This document shows positions 37,384-47,298 of a stretch of DNA of 64,000 nucleotides, one piece after another (within the stretch, counting starts at the first letter, position 1; the number at the start of each line of letters is the position of its first letter). A model generated the notes under the pieces. The model was given only the letters and a program-made list of their open reading frames with translations, had not been told where the DNA came from and ran no database searches. A program made the translations under genes and the position numbers. Source of the stretch: a virus (lineage: Duplodnaviria; Caudoviricetes); IMG/VR virus record IMGVR_UViG_3300025270_000009, positions 37,853-101,852 of that record; one strand, given 5' to 3'.

Positions 37384-37567
37384 CACGACCTCCGTACAGC
37401 TCCGTGTGCTGTTTTTCTTGCGACTGAGTGTCATTGGGTAGGGCTAGCTGACTTCTTCCCGCATTTTGCTTTGCCGCAATCACAGTGAGCTCGCCACGTC
37501 GAGACCCTTCAATCTGGCTACCGCCAAACATCGAGTCTATTTGCTTCTCCACATCGCTTAAGTTCAT
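37373..37567 (-). CDS. small protein resembling DnaB Walker-A region
   Basis: GSRRGELTVIAAKQNAGRS; leader and operator 37592-37611 upstream. Confidence 0.5.
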   Translation of the reverse strand: MNLSDVEKQIDSMFGGSQIEGSRRGELTVIAAKQNAGRSQLALPNDTQSQEKQHTELYGGRDDV

Positions 37568-37663
37568 CTAAAACCTCGTTTGCTGCTGAATGTATTTACA
37601 TAATGACATACAAAAATAGGCAAACAAGCGCTTTCAAACACTTATTTGCCTATGGTGGTGGAT

Positions 37664-38011
37664 TTACTTAACGGCTAAAACAAGAGTGTCTTTACCGTCA
37701 TCGACCATCTTCAACTCTTTGCCTTCAGTATTCTCCGGCGTTGGAATTGGAAGCTTCAGTTCGCCGCCCTGAGATTCGACCGCTAACTTCAACATATCAG
37801 CCAGGTTCTTTCGCTTGGCGTCTGCATCAGTCACCTTCTGTTCAAGGTCTGACTTTTGGCTGTCGAGCTCATTGAACTCTTTGGATACAAACTGAAACAT
37901 GGCGCCGACATTCAAAACACCGTCACCAGGCAAACCCAACATACTCACTGGAAGTGACACTTGAGACTGGCAAAGGTCTCGGATAATTGCGTAATTGTCT
38001 ACTCTACTCAA
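37664..38011 (-). CDS. hypothetical protein
   Basis: 115 aa. Confidence 0.65.
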   Translation of the reverse strand: MSRVDNYAIIRDLCQSQVSLPVSMLGLPGDGVLNVGAMFQFVSKEFNELDSQKSDLEQKVTDADAKRKNLADMLKLAVESQGGELKLPIPTPENTEGKELKMVDDGKDTLVLAVK

Positions 38012-38492
38012 CTTCTTCTCCTAAATTTACTGAGTTATAACGTGAAAGTCGCAAGGCGAATGTCATTTCTTCACCGAAACAAGCGTTCCCCATGACTTTC
38101 ATTGCTTCAATGATCTTGTTTACTTGTTCAATCGGAACATTCAATACCTTGTCTTCTATGAGATCGTCATCAATGGGCTCTTCGTAAACTTCATAGAAAG
38201 TGTCAATAGGTGCCACATCAAGAACCATTCCAGGTCTGCCCAAACCTTTCTTCACAAAGTCATCGAGAAGAATCCAGTCACTTTGCTTGGTCACCGGAGC
38301 CATTTGAAGCTCAGCGAACTTGGACATCATCGAGTCATTGAGAACAACCACCTTTTCGTAGTTGCTCTCTACGCACGACATACAACGACCTCGCTGAGAC
38401 AATTGCGCTGCTAGCTCGTCACACTGGTGGCAGCGCTTCATGTTGCTTGGTTCAAGATCGAACTCTCGGGCGGTGCTCATTAAAGACTCCAA
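38004..38492 (-). CDS. hypothetical protein with Zn ribbon
   Basis: CHQC..CMSC. Confidence 0.65.
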   Translation of the reverse strand: MESLMSTAREFDLEPSNMKRCHQCDELAAQLSQRGRCMSCVESNYEKVVVLNDSMMSKFAELQMAPVTKQSDWILLDDFVKKGLGRPGMVLDVAPIDTFYEVYEEPIDDDLIEDKVLNVPIEQVNKIIEAMKVMGNACFGEEMTFALRLSRYNSVNLGEEVE

Positions 38493-38794
38493 TTCATTTC
38501 TTCAAAGAATGATTTAGGCAACGAATAAACCGTGAAGCCGGTGGCGTCTCGGTCATAGCGCAACACAGAGATAGCCTTAGACACCTCTTCATGCTCAACA
38601 CCTTCCGGCACGAACAAAGTGAAGTGCATACCATCCGGCCCTGACAATTCTTCAGAGAAAGGGAAGTTGTTCGCCACCTCGCCCCAACGTGAAGCCCATT
38701 TGAATGCACTTTCGAGACCCAAGCGATTTTCTTCAATCAAATGACTTCCATCTAAAATCTTAGTTTTTGGCATTGCTTGGCACCCCCACATCAA
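38480..38794 (-). CDS. hypothetical protein
   Basis: About 100 aa. Confidence 0.6.
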   Translation of the reverse strand: MMWGCQAMPKTKILDGSHLIEENRLGLESAFKWASRWGEVANNFPFSEELSGPDGMHFTLFVPEGVEHEEVSKAISVLRYDRDATGFTVYSLPKSFFEEMNWSL

Positions 38795-39305
38795 TTAATT
38801 CTGCCGCTGTCTCTTCAGACACGGTGTTCATGGTCAGACAATTGTGGTCAAAGTCGCTTTCGGCAACGGTAGCCACCTCATCATAGAAAACCGCCAGAGC
38901 GTCATCGAACGAAAGCGCTTTAACAATGGCCACAACAGACTTTTCATCTTTCTGAGCCACGTAGTACTTCTTAAGCTCCTCAAGTCGGCGCTCATTGGCA
39001 GCTCGAATCAGATAGTGAATTTTAGCCCCGATAGGCTTCGGATAATCAAGCTCTCTTAGAACATCAACCAGTCGAGCCCGAATAACTATTCTGTTGCCTG
39101 ACTCGTCAGCAAGTCTTTCACTTTGAAAGAAGACAACTTTACCCAAGTCATCTTCGAGATAACGAAAGACATCCAGAACGTTTTTGTAGTCACTCAAGGA
39201 CAATCCGCTAGGCTCCATCAACACCGACATTTCAAGGTCGGCACTTGGCTCATAAATAGCGCTTTCTTCGTCCGCCACTAAGAGCGGTAAGTCAACTTTA
39301 TACAT
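38760..39305 (-). CDS. hypothetical protein
   Basis: 181 aa, GAGG RBS. Confidence 0.7.
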   Translation of the reverse strand: MYKVDLPLLVADEESAIYEPSADLEMSVLMEPSGLSLSDYKNVLDVFRYLEDDLGKVVFFQSERLADESGNRIVIRARLVDVLRELDYPKPIGAKIHYLIRAANERRLEELKKYYVAQKDEKSVVAIVKALSFDDALAVFYDEVATVAESDFDHNCLTMNTVSEETAAELIDVGVPSNAKN

Positions 39306-39326
39306 TTAAACCTCACTCTTAGCATT

Positions 39327-39860
39327 TCATTCGTAGAAAGGAACACCGGCTTCACGCTTGATATTGACAAGCTTGTCGCCTAGACCACACCAACTTAGCT
39401 CTAAACTAGATAGACTCTCCTGTGACGACGCAATGCCACACTCAAAAAGAGTCTTGCGAATAAAGTTGGCAGCTTCACCACCGGAGCTTGCTTTTACAAC
39501 GGCACACACTGGCGTGTTTCGGCCTTCAACGAGATAGTGGATTTTGAATGCGGCAGACTCTCTATCAAAGATGCCTTTTACCAAGCCAATAAAAGACTTC
39601 AGCGAGTTGTGAGGCTGTCCCCAGTATTCTTCGAGAAGATCTTGTACGTTGGCTCGATAAGTTACCCCATCGTAACCAGCCTCAACAAAAGCCTGTTTGT
39701 CGGCATAGTCAGAGAAGCGGTGAAATAACCCCTTGAACTCTTCAAGTGTGTCGATAGTGATTTCACCTTCTGCAACCACAGTTTCACCGCTTATGCTTTC
39801 AGAAGGGTTGTAAAGATCTAAATCGTTAGAGCAAATATAAATAGCTGAATCAATTCTCAT
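39327..39860 (-). CDS. hypothetical protein
   Basis: 177 aa; leader and operator 39886-39905. Confidence 0.7.
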   Translation of the reverse strand: MRIDSAIYICSNDLDLYNPSESISGETVVAEGEITIDTLEEFKGLFHRFSDYADKQAFVEAGYDGVTYRANVQDLLEEYWGQPHNSLKSFIGLVKGIFDRESAAFKIHYLVEGRNTPVCAVVKASSGGEAANFIRKTLFECGIASSQESLSSLELSWCGLGDKLVNIKREAGVPFYE

Positions 39861-39945
39861 GTTGTTACCTTGCTTGTTGCTGAATGTATTTCAATTTTGA
39901 CATACAGTTTTAGGCAGTCAATACCGAACAAGACAAAAATTGCCT
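39857..39945 (-). promoter_or_regulatory. cassette boundary unit
   Basis: 39857-39906 identical (50 bp) to 45853-45902. Confidence 0.9.
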
Positions 39946-40492
39946 ACGCAAAGTAGGTCGATTTGCCGCATTTAAGGTTCAGCTCCAATATATTGAAGGC
40001 TGTTACAGGGTCAAACTCGGTATAGTTTTGCGTTAATTGACTCACTCTATTTATGCTTTCGTCAATGGCGTCATCAGGTATTAGCATAACCATTTCGTTT
40101 GCCCTTATTTTGTCGATGACAGCCGAGCCGTTACCCATGTATGGCAAAATCTCTCGATCAGGGTCCAACCGGCTTTCGCTCACAGGCAGTCCCTTCATAA
40201 CCTCTGCATCAACATCAAATATCACCAGGCGGATGCCGGCCACGTAAAAGTTGCACAGCATATCCCTAACCGGCTGAGACAAGCGAATGTCGTTTGGCGC
40301 CTTGTCTTCGGAAATCTTCACCATAGTTTGAAATTCATCATTCTGTATCACAGCAATGCTTTCAGACGATCCTCTCTTGAAGTCCAAATCCGTCAGGTAA
40401 TCAATGTCAAAGGCTGATAGGTGCAACATCGACAAGGTTACGCATACGTTCGTTTCAAGTTGACGCTTGTAGGCTGCTTTTGTATCAATCAT
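39944..40492 (-). CDS. hypothetical protein (DUF5983-like)
   Basis: LSMLHL..LVIFDVDA..LP motifs. Confidence 0.55.
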   Translation of the reverse strand: MIDTKAAYKRQLETNVCVTLSMLHLSAFDIDYLTDLDFKRGSSESIAVIQNDEFQTMVKISEDKAPNDIRLSQPVRDMLCNFYVAGIRLVIFDVDAEVMKGLPVSESRLDPDREILPYMGNGSAVIDKIRANEMVMLIPDDAIDESINRVSQLTQNYTEFDPVTAFNILELNLKCGKSTYFA

Positions 40493-40859
40493 TGCTCTTC
40501 TCCCCTTGCTGCTCTTTTAAAGAATTTTCGATTGTTTTGGCCATGAAGTTCCAGGTGAACATCATCATATTCGTCGCCTGAGCTCGATGCTCTTCCGGAA
40601 TGTTGGTTATTCTAGCCTCAAGCTCTTTAGTGCTTTCAGGTGTCGCCCACATATCAACGGTCTTGAATGGCGACTCCACCGGCTTCATGTCGTTTATTTC
40701 TCTCTGAAGCTCGCCAACCGCTGTCTGCAAATCATCAATTTTGCCGAAGTAATGGTCTTTCTCTTCCTCATCCATGCAGTCCAAATCAACGTAAATGTCC
40801 TCGTTTGACATAACCCGAACATCGTCAATCAGGCGCTTCAATTTCTCTAACTTGCTCAT
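40485..40859 (-). CDS. hypothetical protein
   Basis: 124 aa; leader and operator 40886-40905. Confidence 0.7.
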   Translation of the reverse strand: MSKLEKLKRLIDDVRVMSNEDIYVDLDCMDEEEKDHYFGKIDDLQTAVGELQREINDMKPVESPFKTVDMWATPESTKELEARITNIPEEHRAQATNMMMFTWNFMAKTIENSLKEQQGEKSND

Positions 40860-40935
40860 TGCTTAACCTTTGTTGCTTGCTGAATGTATCTACATAGTGA
40901 CATACGAAAGAAGGCACGCAAGTGCGTGCCTCAAA

Positions 40936-41601
40936 TTAATTGCCAACCGGATTCCGAATGATCGGGAATCCCATAGGGTGCTCGTCGCTATTCATGTAAA
41001 CCATGAACTGCTCATCGAACACTGACAATCCAGGTGGATCGTTTTTCAGGAGATAATTAAGTTCATCCCGAACATCAAGCCAACTTTCTTTTTCTGTGTA
41101 GAAATAGGCTTCACTGTAAAACTTACCGCTTGGCTTGAAGTATTCAATCTGAACTCGGTATCTATTTCGCCAATTTTCATTTACAAAGGTTTGAACGCAA
41201 AACTCATCAGCTACACCGTGATGCCACATTGCAATGAATTTTCTCAGAAGAAGCTCAACCCAATTCCACTTCTGACTCCTTTGCAAGCTGCTGTCAGACA
41301 GTTTCTCAAGCAATTTTGGGTGAGTGAATATATTGGGTAAACACTCTCCCATCAAGTCCTCAAAAACGGTTCCTTCTGCCGGCTCTCCCTCGCAATCGAG
41401 ATAAGCTATCTCAACGGCTCTTTTAACAATCCGAGCTTTGGCATAGTTAATCGACATGAACCCCTCATCAAACTCTGACAATTGACCGATGTTTAATGCG
41501 GTCAGGGTTGTTCGATTCCGAGCAGTATAATCGCAAGTACCTTGCGCGAAATAGACTGCCGCCTGAACTAGCTCCATTGAATCTATCTGCTTAATGCTCA
41601 T
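40936..41601 (-). CDS. hypothetical protein
   Basis: 221 aa; YFKPSGKFYS motif. Confidence 0.7.
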   Translation of the reverse strand: MSIKQIDSMELVQAAVYFAQGTCDYTARNRTTLTALNIGQLSEFDEGFMSINYAKARIVKRAVEIAYLDCEGEPAEGTVFEDLMGECLPNIFTHPKLLEKLSDSSLQRSQKWNWVELLLRKFIAMWHHGVADEFCVQTFVNENWRNRYRVQIEYFKPSGKFYSEAYFYTEKESWLDVRDELNYLLKNDPPGLSVFDEQFMVYMNSDEHPMGFPIIRNPVGN

Positions 41602-42017
41602 AGTGGAATATCCTTCATGAATGGTTCGGCAATTTTCTGCGCTTCACTACGTTGCAATGGCGCACCGATGCGGTTGTCTACACCAACGTTGTATTTTTCC
41701 GCCAACAGCTGTGAAACAGCCAATGCTTGCTCGGGCTTTTCAAAGTCAGCCAGAACATTGTGAAAGCCCAATTGCGTCTTAACATAAACGGCATAGGTGC
41801 GCTTCTCATCCGGCTCCAAATCTTCAACCATATCGCTGAACCCAACGGCTCCGGCTTTCATCTGCTCGTAGCCTGACATTTCTCTGAGCTCTTCAATACT
41901 GTGCTCGATATCGCCACGCTCGATAAGTCGGATGGTCTCAATATCATCCATTTCAAACCAAATCTGAGCACACTGAATGCCGTGTACTTCTTTTGGTAAG
42001 ACTGGTGCTAAAATCAT
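41598..42017 (-). CDS. hypothetical protein
   Basis: Start MILAP after leader; operator 42042-42061. Confidence 0.7.
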   Translation of the reverse strand: MILAPVLPKEVHGIQCAQIWFEMDDIETIRLIERGDIEHSIEELREMSGYEQMKAGAVGFSDMVEDLEPDEKRTYAVYVKTQLGFHNVLADFEKPEQALAVSQLLAEKYNVGVDNRIGAPLQRSEAQKIAEPFMKDIPL

Positions 42018-42091
42018 AACAACCTCACTTGCTTGCTGAATGTATCTCAATTATGACAGAGTTGAATAGGCATAAAAGACAAGTCCAGTAT

Positions 42092-42211
42092 TTATTTGCC
42101 TAGCGACAATCGTATAGCTTGGGTAGCATCACCGAGCGATGAAAAATCACCAAGCCCATCAACCTTAAACCGTCTTTCATGCTCGTGAATGATGATTCGC
42201 CCAAAGTACAT
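42092..42211 (-). CDS. small hypothetical protein (39 aa)
   Basis: MYFGRIIIHEHERRFKVDGLGDFSSLGDATQAIRLSLGK fills the gap in the operon. Confidence 0.45.
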   Translation of the reverse strand: MYFGRIIIHEHERRFKVDGLGDFSSLGDATQAIRLSLGK

Positions 42212-42215
42212 TAGC

Positions 42216-42911
42216 CTAATCATCTTCATCCTCTATTTCGCTCTGTATGGCTTCGATGTCGTTCATCATGCCACCACTGAGCTCAAAATCATCCGGCGTT
42301 ACCTTTATATGCACTGAACACCCTTTGAACGTCTCAAGACCACCAAGCAAACCTGCTTCGTCAATAATCGCCTGGTAAGCTGATCGGGCTGAGTCGAATA
42401 CGGCATAAGCGGTATTCCAGTCTCCATAAAGCTGTTCAGCCTTAACCGCCCCTGCCTCCATGTAAGCTCTCGCTATTTCAGCAAACTCTTCAGCTTCAAC
42501 GGTTTCATCATTGAAAGTGGCAATGGAGTAGTCTATATCGTCATCGACTTGGCTTGGCTCGTCTGGTCGCTCAATAGCTTTAATCTTTCTGCCGTGTGGA
42601 TTTTCGGGATTGTGCCCTGACGCTTCAAAAAGCGATTGAAGGTCACTGGCAATGTGAGTGTAGCGACTATGAATGCCCTCATCCAACTCACCGGATAATC
42701 CACGAATCCACAGTACGCAACCTAGCGCTTCAAGCTCATCTTCAATAGTTCCGATGTTTGGCGTACCATTGACGTGCTCAACCAGATCGTGAGCAAACGT
42801 TAAAGCGTCATGGCTTGGATACGTTGATGACTCATAACAGGAGAGTGGAACAAGGCCAATCTCGCCCGTGTTCTGGTCACTAACAATGAATGTTCCCTGC
42901 CTATCAATCAT
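42216..42911 (-). CDS. acidic hypothetical protein
   Basis: Likely start MIDRQ; AHDLVEH motif. Confidence 0.65.
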   Translation of the reverse strand: MIDRQGTFIVSDQNTGEIGLVPLSCYESSTYPSHDALTFAHDLVEHVNGTPNIGTIEDELEALGCVLWIRGLSGELDEGIHSRYTHIASDLQSLFEASGHNPENPHGRKIKAIERPDEPSQVDDDIDYSIATFNDETVEAEEFAEIARAYMEAGAVKAEQLYGDWNTAYAVFDSARSAYQAIIDEAGLLGGLETFKGCSVHIKVTPDDFELSGGMMNDIEAIQSEIEDEDD

Positions 42912-43350
42912 CAGCTTGCCCTCCGAACATACAAATTTCAGAAGAAATGTACTCAGCCAGGTTCTTAACTCGCCACTGAATGTCGGCAGCTTGCCATTTT
43001 TCACCTTCAGTAAAGTAAACTCCGGCAAAGTCACCTTCATCCTGGCCAAGATAATCTTGAACTCTAGCAAGTGCCGCTGTGAAAATTACTTGCTGAGGAT
43101 GCTCTTCAAAGGCGTACTCCATTCTTACGATGACGTAAGTGAGGTTGAAAATGTTGTGGTTCATACCGCACTCAAGAAAGAATGCGTCCAAAGCCTGAAA
43201 CGGACACTGACAACAATAAACCTCTCTCGTATCGTCAGTTTCGTTGTCCCCAGTATTAACCGGAACCTCGAACTTCTTGTCCACTTCATCAAATAAAATC
43301 GAGACCGTTTCACCGTCTTCACGTTTTCTTGAGATAACTTCAATACTCAT
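42904..43350 (-). CDS. hypothetical protein
   Basis: Start MSIEV after leader; operator 43377-43396. Confidence 0.7.
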   Translation of the reverse strand: MSIEVISRKREDGETVSILFDEVDKKFEVPVNTGDNETDDTREVYCCQCPFQALDAFFLECGMNHNIFNLTYVIVRMEYAFEEHPQQVIFTAALARVQDYLGQDEGDFAGVYFTEGEKWQAADIQWRVKNLAEYISSEICMFGGQADD

Positions 43351-43357
43351 TATCTTC

Positions 43358-43435
43358 ACCTTGCTTGTTGCTGAATGTATTTCAATTTTGACATACAAAA
43401 AGAGGCACGCAAGTGCGTGCCTCAAATTAATTGCC
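43358..43435 (-). promoter_or_regulatory. cassette boundary unit
   Basis: 49 bp identical to 45863-45911; 33 bp identical to 40912-40944. Confidence 0.9.
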
Positions 43436-43809
43436 TAAATAACATGATGAGTCTTTATGTCGAAGTGGCGAGACAGTTGGTAGTTCGTCTCAAAACCCAT
43501 CACCTTCTTCATGTAGCTCTTTGTCGGTCTAACATAAACCCTAAAGCGGTTATTTACATTCAGCTTTTGTATCAATTGCCGAACGTTTGAGAGCTTAACA
43601 CTGGTAAGAAGAACATAGTCTTCCGGCTCCAATTCTTCCCTAATTTCTTCAGCCTTAACCAAAAATACTGTGTCATAAAAAAGAACGTCAAATCTGGCAT
43701 TTTCGAGAAGACTGAGGTTACTATCTTCAAAGTCTGCCGATATAAACCAGAACCCCTCTTCAGGTTCAAACTTGTCTATCGCTTCTTTTAATATATCTGC
43801 ATTGCTCAT
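43435..43809 (-). CDS. hypothetical protein
   Basis: Start MSNAD, GAGGTG RBS. Confidence 0.65.
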   Translation of the reverse strand: MSNADILKEAIDKFEPEEGFWFISADFEDSNLSLLENARFDVLFYDTVFLVKAEEIREELEPEDYVLLTSVKLSNVRQLIQKLNVNNRFRVYVRPTKSYMKKVMGFETNYQLSRHFDIKTHHVI

Positions 43810-43816
43810 AGTCACC

Positions 43817-44479
43817 TCACGCCGCAAATCGTTTGGACAGTTCAATGGCCAACCGGCACTGCTCTTCATCAAACATGGCAATGTGACAAGCCGCAACCGG
43901 AATTCCCATCGAGTCTGCAAGCCACGCATACGCATCAGAACGGCTTAAGCCTTCTCGCTTCCATATCCGGTCGAATGCTTCATGGCATTGCTTTCTGAGC
44001 TTTCTCAGTGGCGCTCTGGCCACAGTTCCTAACGGCATTCTCGTCTTGTCATGAGAACCCACGTAAGCAAGACACTTCGGGCATCGGTACATGATTTTTC
44101 GCTGCAAGTCAGGGCGACCGCTGTAAAGCATTGCACCACTGATAATTTCAGTGTCTACATTGCAGTAGTGACAATCGAGTCTCGGCACGCCTAGCAACTG
44201 ATGAAGCCCCGCCTGAGCTTTTGCAATTGCACCTTCAGCATGACCTCGATAAATCATGGCACCGCCAGAGTCAGCCAGTGCATAGTCGCCGTTGTACTTC
44301 ATGTATGAAAGCGTGAGCCCAGGTCGAGGTCCCAATATCTCTCGGCCTGGTATCTCCAGGTGAGGCCCGACACCAGTGTTTTGAACAACTTCGCAAGGAA
44401 CACGCTTCATGATGTCCTTCAAAGCAAACATAGCCGGATTCGCTATCTCTCCGGCTGTTGGCTGTCTAAATTGGTTCAT
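43817..44479 (-). CDS. DUF3268-like zinc-finger protein
   Basis: CHYC..CPKCLAYVGSH..PLGT..HEAFD..AYAWLA..CHIAMF. Confidence 0.8.
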   Translation of the reverse strand: MNQFRQPTAGEIANPAMFALKDIMKRVPCEVVQNTGVGPHLEIPGREILGPRPGLTLSYMKYNGDYALADSGGAMIYRGHAEGAIAKAQAGLHQLLGVPRLDCHYCNVDTEIISGAMLYSGRPDLQRKIMYRCPKCLAYVGSHDKTRMPLGTVARAPLRKLRKQCHEAFDRIWKREGLSRSDAYAWLADSMGIPVAACHIAMFDEEQCRLAIELSKRFAA

Positions 44480-45182
44480 GCTCAACCTCTCCATGCTTCA
44501 CTTCAAGCTTTTCAAAAAGCTCTTTCATTAGAGAGCTCATCTTGGTGCTACCTTTAGAAGCTCTGGCACTCGAAAAAGTGTATGAGCCGTTTCGGACTGC
44601 ATTGAGGTTATTTTTAATCCATCCCAACGTTCTCAGTGGCACCTTTATTTCGTGACGCTTAAGCAAGCCTTCAAAATCATCACCACCAATGAATGAGCCG
44701 TTGTAGTAATCAAGCTCCGCCTTGTCGAGACGCTCTTCTGCTGCCTTTTGTTCGGCAAGCTCTATCTGCTTTTTCTCTTCAGCTTCCTTCTTCTTCTTTT
44801 CGTTGGTCAGCTGCCAGAATTCTTTCTCGGCCTCTTCGTACTCACCAAGCCGGTCGAAGGCAATAGCCCAGTGTTTCGGCACCATGAAACACTGACCTCT
44901 TTTTGCCTTTTCTAACTCATCAGAGACACGCTTGTTCATCATGGCAAAAATGTCTTCACCTTTTTCAACCAACTCTTTCAAGCGATAAAGGCTTTTTGGG
45001 TTAATGATCTGAGTGATAACACCGCTTGGCGTTTCAATCAGAACACCGTCCGACCATTCGTCGTCCGCCCACTTATCAAGCTGATATAGTTTGTATTCAC
45101 CATGCTCGTTTTTAAGGGTTTCAAGCGGTGTAACCCGAGCGTTTTGAAAGCCACTGACAGCCAAAAGTATCTCTTTAATCAT
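44466..45182 (-). CDS. hypothetical protein
   Basis: 238 aa. Confidence 0.7.
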   Translation of the reverse strand: MIKEILLAVSGFQNARVTPLETLKNEHGEYKLYQLDKWADDEWSDGVLIETPSGVITQIINPKSLYRLKELVEKGEDIFAMMNKRVSDELEKAKRGQCFMVPKHWAIAFDRLGEYEEAEKEFWQLTNEKKKKEAEEKKQIELAEQKAAEERLDKAELDYYNGSFIGGDDFEGLLKRHEIKVPLRTLGWIKNNLNAVRNGSYTFSSARASKGSTKMSSLMKELFEKLEVKHGEVEHEPI

Positions 45183-45856
45183 TATTTGCTCTCCTCGATG
45201 AATTCAGAAAGGTTTAATTCGTTGAAGTCTTCAGGCAGCTTCATATTCACTGCTGCATCGACCAGTGCGGTTTGAGCTTCCAGAAGAATGCTGTCGATAA
45301 ATTTGAGCTTTTCTTTCATCTGCTCCTGCATAACGCTGAACAGGGATTGATGGTCGTTGCTGAAAATCCGATATTCCTCAGTAAGCATTGGCAGCGTTAC
45401 GTTGAAGCCGGAATCCAATTCATCCTCTATGAATAGGTCGGTGTAAATCTGAACACACTTGCCTTTGTAGAAGTCCTTACCGAACATTTCTTTGATGACT
45501 TCTTTAAGAGCCAATGTTTCTTTCACACCGAACTTTGGTAAGTCGGCTATGTATGGAAAGTAGGATTCGCATGAGAGATCCGGCGCCAACCCGTTTATCT
45601 TTTCGATAATGTCTCGGTCACGCTCTTCAAGGATAATGAGGTTAGACTCAACGTGATTCTCAATGAGATCTCGCAAATCTCCAATGTCAGCGGCGCAATG
45701 CTCGCTCTTAAAGGCGATAAGCAGACTGTCCTCTGAAATATCACCATTCGCACAGGCGTGTATCGCACGATAAGCCTCAAGTGTGCCACCTGGATAAGTC
45801 GTCTCGATAATGAAGTGTTTCATTGCCATTTTGATAGCGGCATCTAAATTAGTCAT
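45182..45856 (-). CDS. hypothetical protein
   Basis: 224 aa; leader and operator 45882-45901. Confidence 0.7.
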   Translation of the reverse strand: MTNLDAAIKMAMKHFIIETTYPGGTLEAYRAIHACANGDISEDSLLIAFKSEHCAADIGDLRDLIENHVESNLIILEERDRDIIEKINGLAPDLSCESYFPYIADLPKFGVKETLALKEVIKEMFGKDFYKGKCVQIYTDLFIEDELDSGFNVTLPMLTEEYRIFSNDHQSLFSVMQEQMKEKLKFIDSILLEAQTALVDAAVNMKLPEDFNELNLSEFIEESK

Positions 45857-45953
45857 GTTGTTACCTTGCTTGTTGCTGAATGTATTTCAATTTTGACATA
45901 CAAAAAGAGGCGGTCAATGCCGCCTCTTTAAATAATTGCCAAGTTATTATTTT

Positions 45954-46493
45954 CTAACCAGGTTTTTCTTCAACCGTAATAGGTTCAACGTTTAGGTTTA
46001 ATGGTTGGTCGCTAATGAACGCCTTCAAATCTTTCAAGCTTAATAGTGCATTGCTATTGGCATCGAAAAAGTAATCTTTATTGCAAACACCATTTCCGGC
46101 GTTGTAGAGCCCATTTAGGCTTGGAGCTGTTCGCACCACATCACTATGAATACCTGACTCATCAATCTTGTCAGGTGGCGTCATGTTGTTGCAGATATTC
46201 ACCGGCGGACCCTTAGAAACAAAGTACCCAATGGCGTTGCCATTATCAGCCAGTACGTAGATATAGAACAGCTTGTTAGGCTGATCCATCCGCTTCATGT
46301 ATTCGGCTACCACCTGTCGAGTAACAAAGTTATTAACGTCAGGCACCGGCACTGCATGATTAGCCTTTGATGAAATTTGAGCTCTTTGTCGCTCTTGCTG
46401 TTGAGACGTCGACTCTTTGGCGTCACAACCGGCTAAGGCCAATGCCATGCCCAATCCGGCAATAGCGCTAACTACAACTTCTAATTTGCGCAA
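45954..46493 (-). CDS. lipoprotein
   Basis: LALAGC lipobox. Confidence 0.75.
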   Translation of the reverse strand: MRKLEVVVSAIAGLGMALALAGCDAKESTSQQQERQRAQISSKANHAVPVPDVNNFVTRQVVAEYMKRMDQPNKLFYIYVLADNGNAIGYFVSKGPPVNICNNMTPPDKIDESGIHSDVVRTAPSLNGLYNAGNGVCNKDYFFDANSNALLSLKDLKAFISDQPLNLNVEPITVEEKPG

Positions 46494-46909
46494 TGTGTTT
46501 CTCCTTCCACTTTAAGTTTTTCTGGTAAACGGTCGTCAAAAAAGCGACCTGATGTATAGCTCTTGCGAGCCTCGTTGTTGTACCGCATAACGTCTCCTGC
46601 AACCTGGGACTCCAATGCGGCAATGTTCGTGTAAATTCGAGAGAGGTCTTCTTCATCAGTCGTGACTTTTGCCAGCCTTTTCTGAGCCTTGAGAGACGCC
46701 TTTTTCTCGACCACTGTTGAGCACATATCGAAAAATTGCTCATAGCGTTGAATCCGGCTTTCCGCTGACTCAATTTGAACCTCTGCATTCACACGACCCG
46801 TCACTTCTGCCGTAAAATACCGCCAAGCCAAATGAGCAGCGGCAATCAACAAGATTAACCCGACAAAAACAACAAGAATCTTTGCCAATGCACGCTTTTC
46901 ACCTTTCAT
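46481..46909 (-). CDS. membrane-anchored coiled-coil protein
   Basis: N-terminal TM helix; operator 46987-47006 upstream. Confidence 0.7.
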   Translation of the reverse strand: MKGEKRALAKILVVFVGLILLIAAAHLAWRYFTAEVTGRVNAEVQIESAESRIQRYEQFFDMCSTVVEKKASLKAQKRLAKVTTDEEDLSRIYTNIAALESQVAGDVMRYNNEARKSYTSGRFFDDRLPEKLKVEGETHCAN

Positions 46910-47029
46910 TTCATACTTACCTCGCTGAATGTTAATGATTAAAAATAATCGTTGAAAAGAGCTTATACTTTGACGCTTGCCTGAGTATATGTCAACACTG
47001 AAATACTAATAAGCTCAAAAGTTAATTCC

Positions 47030-47098
47030 TCAAATGGCGAATATCAAAGCCAAAACGACAACGACAACAACAATCTTCAACTTCTCTTCCGCATCCAT
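47030..47098 (-). CDS. 22-aa membrane peptide
   Basis: MDAEEKLKIVVVVVVLALIFAI. Confidence 0.4.
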   Translation of the reverse strand: MDAEEKLKIVVVVVVLALIFAI

Positions 47099-47298
47099 AA
47101 ATCCGCCTAGTTTTTAACCAATAAAAGTATAAGAGTTAGACCCCTCGTTTGACCACATCGTAAAATGGAACATTTTACCACCCGTCTATTCCGAGAAGTC
47201 TTGATATATAAGGGTTGTAGGCAAACTGACGGCTGCTAAAATTTTGCAAACACCGCCTACGCTTGCCCACATTCTGCCCACATTTCGCACACAAAAAA

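Noticed and set aside
27284-43425. ORF-track N-terminal extensions such as MKYIQQ, MRYIQQ, KHIQQQ and IIIQQ
   Set aside because: They translate the conserved non-coding leader/operator; true starts lie downstream of the AAGG/GAGG SD.
31762-45940. CRISPR array or integron attC interpretation of the recurring repeat
   Set aside because: Spacing is 0.6-2.5 kb with whole genes between copies. There are no cas or integrase genes and no attC R/L box structure. The repeat is explained as promoter/operator/leader.
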